Shown one piece after another: positions 1 to 10,569 of a DNA stretch of 32,657 bases. The notes beneath the pieces are model-generated. The model saw only the letters and a list, made by a program, of their open reading frames with translations, was not told the origin of the DNA and ran no database searches. The position numbers and the translations under genes are program-made. Location of the stretch: the NCBI GenBank assembly GCA_045837725.1, contig JBEWZL010000130.1, positions 1-32,657 on the forward strand, read 5' to 3'. Every line of letters begins with the position of its first letter. Within the stretch, counting starts at the first letter, position 1. Source of the DNA: Vermamoeba vermiformis (taxonomy: Eukaryota).

Positions 1-1109
1 CAGGATATAAACCAACCGAGGAGGAGAGTATGTACTTATCTTGTTATTGACACCTGTTTTACTAATTCTACCTCCTGTAGTAAAGAGGGTGAATGCGCTT
101 GCCCGTGCCAAGTCCAAATCAAAGAAGCAGTCTGAAGGTAATACTGTTGAAATCTTATCGTTCTTAGTCATTCTAACTGTTGATAATAGAAACTTCTTCT
201 GAGAGTGACCTCAGTGACCGGTTTTCCCCACAAGGAGGTCCCACGAATGCTATTGATGTGGATGAGGTGCACGACACAGCTTCTATTCCCAACCCTCCAG
301 CCTCCCCTGCGCAATCTCCTCCCCTCATTTTTACTGCAAATGTCAATAGCTCCAAATTAATTGCGGAAATGCAGAAAAAATTCACCAACTTGGAAGTTAT
401 TGACTTGCAGTAAGTACAAATATTGTTAAATTGAATGTATGCTAATTGCTTGTTTTAGTGATCCAAATGGAATTTACCACGTACTGCAGCCATACGCTAT
501 GCAAAGCATTGTGCAAATTCCTGTAAGTATTTCTTTTAGTTTTTTAATGCAATGCAATAGACACAAGGCTAACCGCACAAATGACAGGTAATTAATTCTG
601 CAAGGATTTCTGTTACTGTTCAAGGGCTTTATGAGTGCTTCAAGTTGTTTAAGCACAATCCAAACATCGACGTGGTTATGTTGCAAAAACATCAAGAAAA
701 GATCGTGCGCAAAGAGCCAGCAAAAGATTTACTTGGTTGGCAATTGGTAAGTAACTTTATTTTTACTTCAAATATAAGCTTATATTTAAATTACATGACT
801 TTACAGGGGGAAAAAAGCACAACCTTAGTTTCTGCCGAGATTGCGCACCATCTGTTCCACATTTTGCCATACTTATGGGTGATGGAGAAATCAAAGCCAA
901 TTTGCTTGAAGTTTCTTCGTGATTTTCTTAAGGATGGAAAAAGGCTCCTGCTACTTGACTCTGCCAACAATTTTGATATCAACGACTATTCCTCCCCTGT
1001 TTCCGTTGCGACTCTTGTTAAATTAATTCTTGAAGATCAGGCACAAGCAATAATAGAGGATATCAAGAACACATATGACAATGTAGATCTGAGCATGTAT
1101 TCTCTGTAA
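1..1109 (+). CDS. 3' part of a multi-exon hypothetical protein (5' end outside window)
   Basis: ORFs 180-413 and 645-1109 are linked by short GT-AG introns with branch sites (e.g. ~410-458, ~523-587, ~747-806). Ends ...VDLSMYSL*, followed by AATAAA. No family recognised. Confidence 0.5.
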
Positions 1110-1336
1110 ATAAATGAAGTTCATGCAAATTTCTTTTTGTTGGATCAGGCCTTTTTGGAACCTGTGGCAGTGCACAGGATAGAATAGAATATGATAGAAT
1201 AGAATATACATGAAGGGATAGCAATATTTGGCATTAACATGGTGAGAGTTTGAGAATTTGGAAGAGGTGGGATCTGCTCAGCAGAAATGTTAAGTTCAAG
1301 TTGCAAGAAGACAACCAAACAGCAAATTTCGAATAT

Positions 1337-1650
1337 TATGGCTGGTCATAAAGATAGACATTATGCCATGATAAACTTGCAATTGAACCCAGGACTTTGG
1401 CAGGAGTCAATTTATGGCTGGCCATAAAGTAAAAATAAGATATTTGCCCACACCTGGAATTGAACCTGCGCCAGTGTTGCAGCAACTCTATGGCCGGCCA
1501 TAGAGGGAAAATAAAAAACTGCCCACACTTGGATTTGAACCTGCGCCTGGATTCAAACCACGATGACAGGTTCGAGTCCCACTGTGGCCATAGATTTTTT
1601 TTATTTCTGTTATGGCTGGCCATAGACAAACAACGAAATTGCCCACACCA
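1337..1650. repeat. degenerate ~76-bp repeat: palindrome TATGGCYGGCCATA plus Pol III B-box-like motifs
   Basis: TATGGCYGG(C/T)CATA at 1337, 1413, 1489, 1611; TGCCCACAC at ~1445, 1520, 1640. Minus-strand GGTTCAATTCC (1456-1466) and GGTTCAAATCC (1531-1541); plus-strand GGTTCGAGTCC (1569-1579). Confidence 0.75.
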
Positions 1651-1928
1651 TGCTTCTCAGGCCTAATTTGTCACCACACCATTTACAAGCTTCATTTTAA
1701 TGCAGCTTTTATTAGATGAAAATCAAACCAACTACACTAAGGCAATATTAAACACTTTGCCTGCAACGCAGTCAATGCATCACTTGCATAAGCCACAAAG
1801 CCATCTGCAAAAATCCATCAGCCCAATCACAGTATGTAAGTACTGTCAGAGCTCGCTTTGACACGGAATTCAAATTGGTCACTCCAGAACTACCCCAGTG
1901 CATCTGTGCCATGGTTGCAAAGTTAACC

Positions 1929-2130
1929 CCCTTGTTGACCAAGTTTGACCAGACCCCGTCCGCGCCACGGGGACGCCCCCTTGTTGACCAAGTTTGACCA
2001 GACCCCCGTCCGCGCCACAGGGACGCCTCCTTGTTGACCAAGTTTGACCAGACCCCCGTCCGCGCCACGGGGACGCCTCCTTGTTGACCAAGTTTGACCA
2101 GACCCCCGTCCGCGCCGCGGGGACGCCCCT
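1929..2130. repeat. tandem repeat, 4 x 49-50 bp, with GC-rich hairpin
   Basis: Units start at 1932, 1981, 2031, 2081: TTGTTGACCAAGTTTGACCAGACCCCCGTCCGCGCCACGGGGACGCCYCC. Internal inverted repeats CCCCGT-N7-ACGGGG and CGTCC-N9-GGACG. Confidence 0.97.
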
Positions 2131-2185
2131 GTAAAAAAAGTTAAAAAGTTAAACCCTAAAGTGGAAGTTAGCCCTACATAGTATA

Positions 2186-3254
2186 CTAATCCGCCACAGT
2201 GGCAGCCACCACATTAGAAGCTTTTTCGCCAATTTGGGCACGGTTGCGGGGGATCTCAGCATTGCTGGGGACAGAATTGGACGCAGGACGTTCGGGCACA
2301 GCGGATTCGGTTTCGGGGGCAAAAGATTCGGATGCCAAACTGTCGCTCAACGGGGCTTCCTCGTCTACAGAAAGCTCGACCTAGTTTAACAAATTATTTT
2401 CTGCTAAAACTTCATGTTTCAAAGTGGTGAGACTTACCTGACCGAGGCTGCTCGATCTGAGTGAACTGCCGAAGGATGACGAGGTAGGTCCTTCTTCGGG
2501 CTCATAATCGGCTTCATCGTCTTCAAGACGTTCATCTGATTCGATGAACTCCTCGTCGGAGCGCGTTGGTTGATCTTGGGCGCGAAGATCAGCCCAATCC
2601 CTTTTCGCAAGATCTGAGGAGTCAAGGTCAACAGATGCCGCTTCGTCTTCCTCACTCATAGCGCTGAGGGAGGGCTCATGGCTCGGGACACTTGGCTCGG
2701 ATGAAGACTCGTAGGCAAGCATTTGGGCAGACTTTGCTTGTCTGGGAATTGAAGAGCGAGAAGGTGTCGTAGGTGTGGCGAGAACTCGGGACGATGATAC
2801 GGGAGTGCTCTGATGGGAATTATTAATATTAAATAACGCGCGCCAAAAAATCTCCGGCGGGATACAATTTGTACTTACCGAGTTAACGTTGTTCTCTACG
2901 CCGTCGTGAACCTTCTGCTTCTTACGCATTGGTGTGAAGCCAATAGGAGGTGAGAGCCTTCGTCGCTTCTTCAGGCCTGAACGGGATCTGGTGCCGGGAG
3001 GTGATGTACGGGTTACGTGACGGGATTTATTGTTTCGCGTGGCCGCCAGACTTTTAACGGTACCCAGGACGTCCACTAACGATATTACAAAGTTAACGAG
3101 ATTAATAGTAAAAGCGTCCTCCTTCTTGCGCAGAAGAAGAACGCTGGCTGGATAAGCTAGCGCGCTCACCCCTGCAAGGACATCGATCCTCGACTTGATT
3201 ATTCGCAATACTTACTCTTTGTGTTGCTTGGTACAAAAAAGAGTGGATAACTGA
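2186..3254 (-). CDS. low-complexity Ser/Pro/acidic protein segment with basic NLS-like patch; possibly the C-terminal exons of the 3333-6522 gene
   Basis: ORF 2381-3208 (KKRRR, RKKQK, acidic EDDEADYEPEE). Intron CAG|GTAAGT...CTAG (~2438-2382) joins a last exon ending ...ATVAD* at 2186-2188. A GTACTA donor at ~3338 would splice it in frame to the upstream gene. Confidence 0.55.
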
Positions 3255-3332
3255 AAAAAGGAGAAAAATCCACATGAACCAAAAAAAGTAGAAGCTACGT
3301 GATTGGCCAGATTGTGTCAAATTTAGTCAAAC

Positions 3333-6300
3333 TTAGTACCGATCAGTCGTTACGAACGGCAAGAACAAATTCTCTCTGCTATCAAAGTCGTAGCGGGTAA
3401 CAACAAACACACCCGGAGTGTCCATGAGATACTTGTATTCGCCCAGTACTGCATTAGATGCTCGGATAAAGTCGGGTATCGCAGGCATGAAAAGCGGGCG
3501 ACCAAAAGTTCGCTCCGTGAGGATCTTCTTTTCTAAATCCGTGTAGCCAAGTAATCCTTTTTGAGCAATGTCGTATCGTTGAGCGAAAATTGATGGCGAG
3601 TTAATTAGGCGCGGCTGTACGCCCTCTTTGTAGTCCCACGAAAAACTAAAATTAATTAAGGGTTAGCTTTGGTCACGTTTCATTTCCAATTACTTACGGC
3701 CTCTGCCTGACAATACTTTCGAATATACGACGGTTGATCTTACGATCGGTGCCGCCAATATACAGTACCCAATATTTTCGCTCGAGATCAAAGTCGTCTT
3801 CGTAGTCAGGAGGAGGTAAATTCGCCGGCCTTGGCGTTAAGCGAATAAACATGTCGACCAAGCTGATATGGCGAAGGCTTTTGCCGTTGTTTGCCTCCCA
3901 TAGGTTAATTTCGACGTCAGGGTCGCCACATCCAAAAAGTTCTAGAAACTCCAGAGATGTAGGCGGGGAGGGGAAGAAAACGCTAACCACTTTCCTTTCC
4001 TTCGTGGGACGCTCGGCTATGGGTACACGTAGTCCACGGAGATTCGGCAGCAGTCTGTAGAGCTCTTGCAGAACGGATGCGGTTGTCGGATTGCGCAGCT
4101 TTAAGAACCCGAAAAAATTGTTGACCCACTGAGACGTACGCAAATCCAAAAATAGTAGAGTGGTTGAGACCAGATTTGGTAGTTGATACGTCTGGGTAGA
4201 GGAAGTCATATTTCGGATGGAAAGCGATGCTAGATTCGGAAAAATCTTGGGCAGGAGATATTGAGTAATATTGAGCCGCTCCTTTCTGTATAGGATATTG
4301 GGCTCGGTGATTTGCAAAGCTCGTACTTGCGTAAGCCTAAAGACATGTTTAGTAAAAAAAAAATTTCACGAAGATCAAGCTTACATCCGATCAAGATTGC
4401 CATCAGATTCAGGCACCAAGATTGAACCATGAAAAGCAAGAGAACGAATGGTAGTAGTATTTTTTAATACTACGGCAATGTCAGCCGGCGTTAAGGTAAA
4501 GCCATGGAAGTGAGCCTCGAGTAACTTCGTGAACGCCGCAGAATCAACGAATTCGCGTAAAGTGTCGGGATTGAAGTGGTAACAGCTTATGCGGTCGTAT
4601 TTCATCACCCCAAGCTTCACCCCAAGGTGTTCATATTTAGCAAAGACCTTAAAGCGTTGCCAAGACGGGCACACGAGGAAACACTCGCAAACGGTTTGTA
4701 ACGCCTTTTTGCACGTTTGCGAGAAGGCAACAAGCGCGTTCGGCTGCTCTATTAGCTCCCATATGATGCCTAGCCAGCAATCGGTTGGCAAAGGTAAGTA
4801 ACCTTTAACGTTGAGACTGAAAGGTGGTGGGTTACGCTTGTCCCAGAGTTGCTTGGCCATAATGTAAGCTTTCAAACGTCCTTGTTTGGGCTGTTGCACG
4901 TTAGAACAGTGGGATACTTAAATAGGTACTTACGTAAATGCCTAGCGTTGAGAGCAGATCGAGGCCAGCCGTCTTTTCCTGTCACCGAGATTAATATTTT
5001 CATTTAAACCGCATTTTGCACTTACTATATACTTTTTGAGGATTAATTCGTGGGCTTGGTCTTCTGGTAACCCTGCTACTTGTGTCTCGAGCTCAGGAGT
5101 CCAACGGAACTCGTAAGTATCCCGATCCTTGAACTTAGAGGAGTCAGTAAGATTAATCGCCAAGGAATCAACTTACCCAATTCAAAGTTTGCAATAAGAC
5201 ATTGCGTATAGTAACAGCATCTACGGGCACGATACGCCAAAAAAGGCTGTCTGATGCAGTTTGCGCGGATGCGAGCTCAGTCAACAAAGCGTTGGTCTCC
5301 TCTGGAACTATATCCACTGCCACCAATGACTCGAATGCCTCTAATATAGCACTTTTTCGAGCCTGGCTTGGATGAGAAGAGGAAGCAGAAGGAGATGTCG
5401 GGGGTGATATGGGCACGTTCGGTGAATCCTAAATAAGCAGTGGTTAAAAGCTGAATTTATCGTAAAAATAATATCTTACGGGCATTTCACCAACGGAGTG
5501 GATATGTGGGCTTGCTGGCTCTTCAAAATATGGAGTGTCGGTGATCTCGATCTCTCGATCCGAATCCGCAACTTGTTCGCTCTCGTGCCCTATCTAATCG
5601 CGATTTAGACATTTTTATTATTTATTATAATACATCACGTACTTTTCTTCGTTTTTGGCTTGTCAGATCCCAAGATTCGTTGACCTTTCTTTTTTTCGTG
5701 GTTGCAACGACGTAAATTGCCTTTGCGTCATCAAATTGCGGGGGATGGAACCATCTCTCGCCCACTCCATTGCATCCAGCGAGGAAACCAATACGTTCAA
5801 ATTTAACTTCCGCAATTTGGTCGATTGACTTCGCGGTTTTTTTCTGCTGGCTCTTTGAAACAGCCGCTGAGACCGGAGGCGGAATCTCTATATCGAAGTT
5901 AATTAATTACTGCAATTTGTTAGCTAATAAACATACTTTGAAGGGCAGGAGCGATGAAGTTCTTGTGATCCAATGTGAAAAGCGGCGAGTCGTAATTGCA
6001 CCGAGCACCTTCTTTCTCGAGCTCGTCCAAAAGAACTCGCAACGACTGGTCTGTTTGCCAATACGACATTTTGTACCGCAGCGCGCACCAGAGCCAATAG
6101 AACTGCGAGTGAACCTCTGCTCCGGATATAGAGGCACTATTCGTACCACGCACGGCACATAACTGCATAGCAGCTTGCAGTCTGTACAGGAAAGCGTTAA
6201 ATGTAGTGCTGAAATCGGCCCAGGGTTGACCTCGTACATCCAAGGCGAGAGAGTCGGCAATCCGTTGACGATATTCAAAATACCAGGTGGGGTAGTAAAT

Positions 6301-6522
6301 TTTCTGGGGCTCTAACGACGGCAGCATATTGTGGAATGCAAAATAAACGAAATAGAAGACGAAATCCTCGCGCGTGATCCACTTCGGGTACTGGTGAAGC
6401 TGGCGCACTAGTAAATCGGCAAAGTTGCTGTCGAACCACAATCGGTTTCTAGACTTCGCGAAGAAGTTCAGATAGATGTCGATCTTGGATTTGAGCGAGA
6501 AGGGCTGCAAGGATGAAGCCAT
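3333..6522 (-). CDS. large multi-exon orphan protein with internal F-box-like motif and LRR-like region
   Basis: ORFs 5920-6531, 5168-5416, 4942-5163, 4381-4899 and 3694-4317 plus small exons join in frame through eight canonical GT-AG introns. F-box-like LPLPTDCWLGIIWELIEQPNALVAFSQTCK; LRR-like PNLASLSI, LLFLDLR, LPNLRGLRV, LEFLEL, LRHISL. Confidence 0.65.
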
Positions 6523-7342
6523 TGTCTGCAATTTAGAAAAATTAATATCTTCGTGTCTAATAAATAAAAGACAATTGTTAGCATTAAATTTTAAATATTA
6601 GATGCGTTGTAAGACGCATTCAAGATCAAAAAAATTTCTGGCCGTAGATGCAGCCAATAATTATTCTATTGTGCCACAATAATTTATAACGCATAAGATA
6701 GTGGCGGTAAGCCACATACCGTAATTTATAAGCTTATTCAGATGCGGCAAATTTTATTGAAGACAGATTCACCCGTCTTCAAAGTCAATTAGCAAAGCGC
6801 GAGCCTTTAAGGTTATGGAGCGAACGTACTCCAAGATAGAGAAGCGATTTGAATTAACGCACTCAAATCTGCTTCAGATGTGCGACCGAACGTAGTCGCA
6901 GTGTTGGACCTTCGCAGCCCAAATAACTTACTGTCTTTTGCAGTAATTTGTGTTACAAAATAAATAATGAGTAGTGTTGTTGCTGGTAATTGCGTGGTGA
7001 AAAATATTTGTTAGATCAGAACGTAATTCGTGACGCGGAACACACCACCCAGCCACGTGAGATTGTGAACTGCAGTGAGTACTTAACTTAATCGCTTCGA
7101 TAGCGATTTTTAACAGCGCGCTCGATTAGTGCGTCTGCAGGTCGGAGTTGCGGCGAACGCAACATCCGATCTTGTACCAACTCGTGGAGGGTTAAAATAA
7201 AAGCAATTACTGCACGTTGCTTTATATAATGTAAGATTATTGAGCAGTAAATGATAATATTTTACGTAAATTAAATTTTCGAAACTAAATCCGTTAAAAA
7301 AACAATAGCAATTAATTTCGAATTACTAACCATTGTTACTAG

Positions 7343-8636
7343 TGGCAGAATTCGCTGATTATAAGTGCTTTCAACGTTGGCTATTTGCTCACGCCAATGG
7401 GGTCTCATTTAGCAGTATTGCTAGTTTTCAGCCAGAACGGCACGAGGGACATTTTGACGAACTCAGTAATTACATTAATAAGTTTAATTCGGCAGCACCA
7501 CTGACTGTTAAGTTGGTAAGATATCCTTGTAATATTATTACACTTAATAAAAGTCGAATTCTCCGACTTGGTCACCGATCTGAGAGTTTATCAGGTAATT
7601 ACGCGTGGAATTGAAGTGGCAATGCTATTTACGGACCTCTCAGCCCTCATTTTAACTCTACCTTCTGAGGGGTACTACTTGTTTACCAATAACTTCGCAG
7701 AGCTGCTAAATGGACTTGCAAAACCTTGGGTAGATCTTGTGTTAAGAGCTGGTTCACCTGCGCTAGTGTTTATGTCAAATCAAAAAACAAAGATTGCTCC
7801 AATTCGGTACCAAACCTGCTTAGCATGGAATCACAGTTATGGACCAGATATCCAGCTTGAGCGTGGGTTATTCGAACATCAGCTCACATGTGTATTTCAG
7901 CAACACCAAAGCTTATTTGCCAAAGTGTCTCTGTTTGAAGTGTTGTCTTGCAATAAACTATTTAATGGTTTTGGTTCCCTTTTATGTAATGAGATTACAG
8001 AGCGATTGCACCACTACTTTGGTAAGTTGCAGTGAGTGAATATTTCCCTTTAATGACTTTTGAATAGGTATTCCTCCTTGGTTTAATGCGCACCAGTTTC
8101 TCAAGGCTGCTGACAATCAAGCTCTGTTAATTCGAATGTGTGCTTTATACTTACGTCAACTAAATGATTACTTTGGAGATGCTTTTAACTATGTTGAATT
8201 TTTGGAAAGTCGATGGCAAGAATTTCGGACAATCTTTGTGCGCTGCTTCAATCGGACACTCTACCAAGGCAAGCAGGTGTACTGCTTGACAGTTCATCCA
8301 ATGGACAATTCACTGTTTGCGACAGAGCTGCAGTGCTTTACTACCAGTGCAGTGCACTCTCTGCCTTCGAACTGGACAATTGCGCAGCCACAATCAATCC
8401 TAAACAATTATGATAGACATTATTGCTATTTAGCCCATAATTTTGGAGATGGCTCTCAACTACTGAATACATTCGTCAGTTTTTCAACTTTTTTGAAACA
8501 TAAACATCTCGATGAAGCTGACGATGAGACAGAGAGTGAAGATGATACCGAACCTTCAAATTTTACTGAGAAAACAAAACGGCGAATTAATAACAAGTAC
8601 AAGAAGGTTTCCAAGAAATTTAAAGTTGTCAAGTGA
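7343..8636 (+). CDS. divergent NEIL1-like (Fpg/Nei family, H2TH) DNA glycosylase homolog, probably catalytically altered
   Basis: Exons ~7343-7515, 7595-8021, 8068-8636. WNHSYGPDIQLERGLF..LFEVLSCNKLFNGFGSLLCNEITERLHHYFGIPPW parallels NEIL1 WQPGRGPCVLQEYQQF..ICEALLDQRFFNGIGNYLRAEILYRLKIPPF. WQEFRTIFVRCF ~ FAAFRAWLRCY; ITRGIEV ~ SARGKEL. Acidic then basic C-tail. NEIL1 sequence recalled from memory. Confidence 0.75.
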
Positions 8637-8710
8637 GCTGATTAATAAACTTGTTTTGCATTCTTTATCAGAGACTTTGTCAATTCTTTTTTGCCTTTTG
8701 ACAACATGTA

Positions 8711-9162
8711 CAAACAAGGTTGTATCCCTTTGGACGACAACCTCCCTTGCCGAGCGAGGTCGTATCCTCCTGGACGACGACCTCCCTTGCCGAACGAGGT
8801 TGTATCCTCCTGGACGACGACCTCCCTTGCCGAACGAGGTCGTATCCTCCTGGACGACGACCTCCCTTGCCGAGCGAGGTCGTATCCTCTTGGACGACGA
8901 CCTCCCTTGCCGAACGAGGTCGTATCCTCCTGGACGACGACCTCCCTTGCCGAACAAGGTCGTATCCTCCTGGACGATGACCTCCCTTGCCGAACGAGGT
9001 TGTATCCTCCTGGATGATGACCTCCCTTGCCGAACGAGGTTGTATCCTCCTGGACGACGACCTCCCTTGCCGAACGAGGTCGTATCCTCTTGGACGACGA
9101 CCTCCCTTGCCGAACAAGGTCGTATCCTCTTGGACGACGACCTTCCTTTCCAAACAAGGTTG
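8711..9162. repeat. tandem repeat, 11 full + 1 partial x 40 bp, hairpin-forming
   Basis: Consensus CGAACGAGGTCGTATCCTCCTGGACGACGACCTCCCTTGC, exact 40-bp period from 8711. Inverted repeat GAGGTCGT...ACGACCTC with inner TCC-TCCT-GGA. Confidence 0.98.
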
Positions 9163-10569
9163 CAACCTGACCGTAAGACTTCAAAACCCCATAACCCATA
9201 AGTTGGGTAAGCCTAATATATATAAAATGCTTAAAAATTGAAGCAAATATCCTTCCCAAGTCCTAATGACCCAGATGCCCTTTTATATACACATTATGGT
9301 TTATGTATACACATTTCTGTGATCCTTACAAAGACCTGCCAACAACTTGTAGGCTGAAGCACAACACAATACAAGTATATTAGTAGGTATTTCCTTCTAA
9401 TGCTTTCCAAAAAGCAGATATGGAACCATTAGCAATAAAAGTTTAAATTTTGTATATACTTTTTTATTTTGTATACACTTTCCACGGCAAATGTATCATT
9501 TAATGCCAAAAGCCTATAAACCTAAACCAGCCTACTCCTAAGGCTATATATAATATATTAATTTGATTATATGGTGGATATGTAATATTGACTCGAGCAC
9601 GAAGCTCGATCCGGATGGATTATTTTGAGTATAAATTTTAATTTTGAATTTACGTATCATAATATTGTAAATGGTGCAAGAATATTAAAATAATAATAAG
9701 GGAATAATATTACCTTTGATTTATCTTGGTCACTGCACCGAGATTCGCTCAAGTGTCAGTGAACTCGCGCATTGTCTCGCGCTGGAACGATGCTGATTAT
9801 CGTTTGGCGCGTGTCTGGTGATTAACTGCACAATATCTAAATGGACAAACCGACCCTTGTGGTGGTCGATCTGTTGCGAATCAGTTCGCAGCTGTTAATC
9901 TTCGAAATAACGGCTCTGATGCCGCGGCGCGTAACTGTAAGCTGTAAACAAATATTGTAATAACAATTTCTAAATAAATCGACCCTTGAGGTCGATCTGT
10001 CAAGGTTTTAAAAAAATGCGTGGACGGATGGATATCCGTAGGATCTTGGCTTGCGCTGTTTTCAACTCTATGAGCGGCACAATAACAAAAAACATAAATA
10101 AATTAAAACCAATAATCAATGAGTTTATTTGAAATCGTCACACTCGACCACCATTGGGAAGATCCGATCTAAGCTGGTGGCACGTTCTGTAACCAGTGCT
10201 GACTGGCGCCGTACGAATATGCATTCTAATACATAATTTGACCGGATGTTGTGGTCGATCTGTCCGTGACTCTTTCAGTAATTCGATTTTTTTTCTCCGT
10301 AAACAAGCAACGGTCACTTCCTTATTTAGCAAATGCCGTGAAAACCGACGCGAGTCGACAACACGTGCTGCCAAAAAATTGTTCGTGCTGGGATAAATCC
10401 TGGCACTGCTGACAAATTTACGCACACGAAACTTGCCGGAATAACCACCCACCAACACCACGATCACCACAATGGTCGTGTAATTATTTTTATTTTTAAT
10501 TTTCTCGCGCTGATCGTTACTTTGTTGAACGCAACAGCAACAGTGGCAGGTTCCCGGTTGTGCCGATCG

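Noticed and set aside
1380-1600. tRNA genes
   Set aside because: Only B-box/T-loop motifs are present; T-stems do not pair properly and no D-arm or anticodon arm is visible.
1923-1935. piggyBac-like end TTAA-CCC
   Set aside because: No matching GGG-TTAA with a TIR at the right side of the island, and no transposase recognised.
1772-2091. Minus-strand ORFs over the 50-bp repeat
   Set aside because: Repeat-derived periodic translation.
8512-9259. Overlapping 80-230 aa ORFs on both strands
   Set aside because: They arise from a nearly stop-free 40-bp tandem repeat; the translations are periodic.
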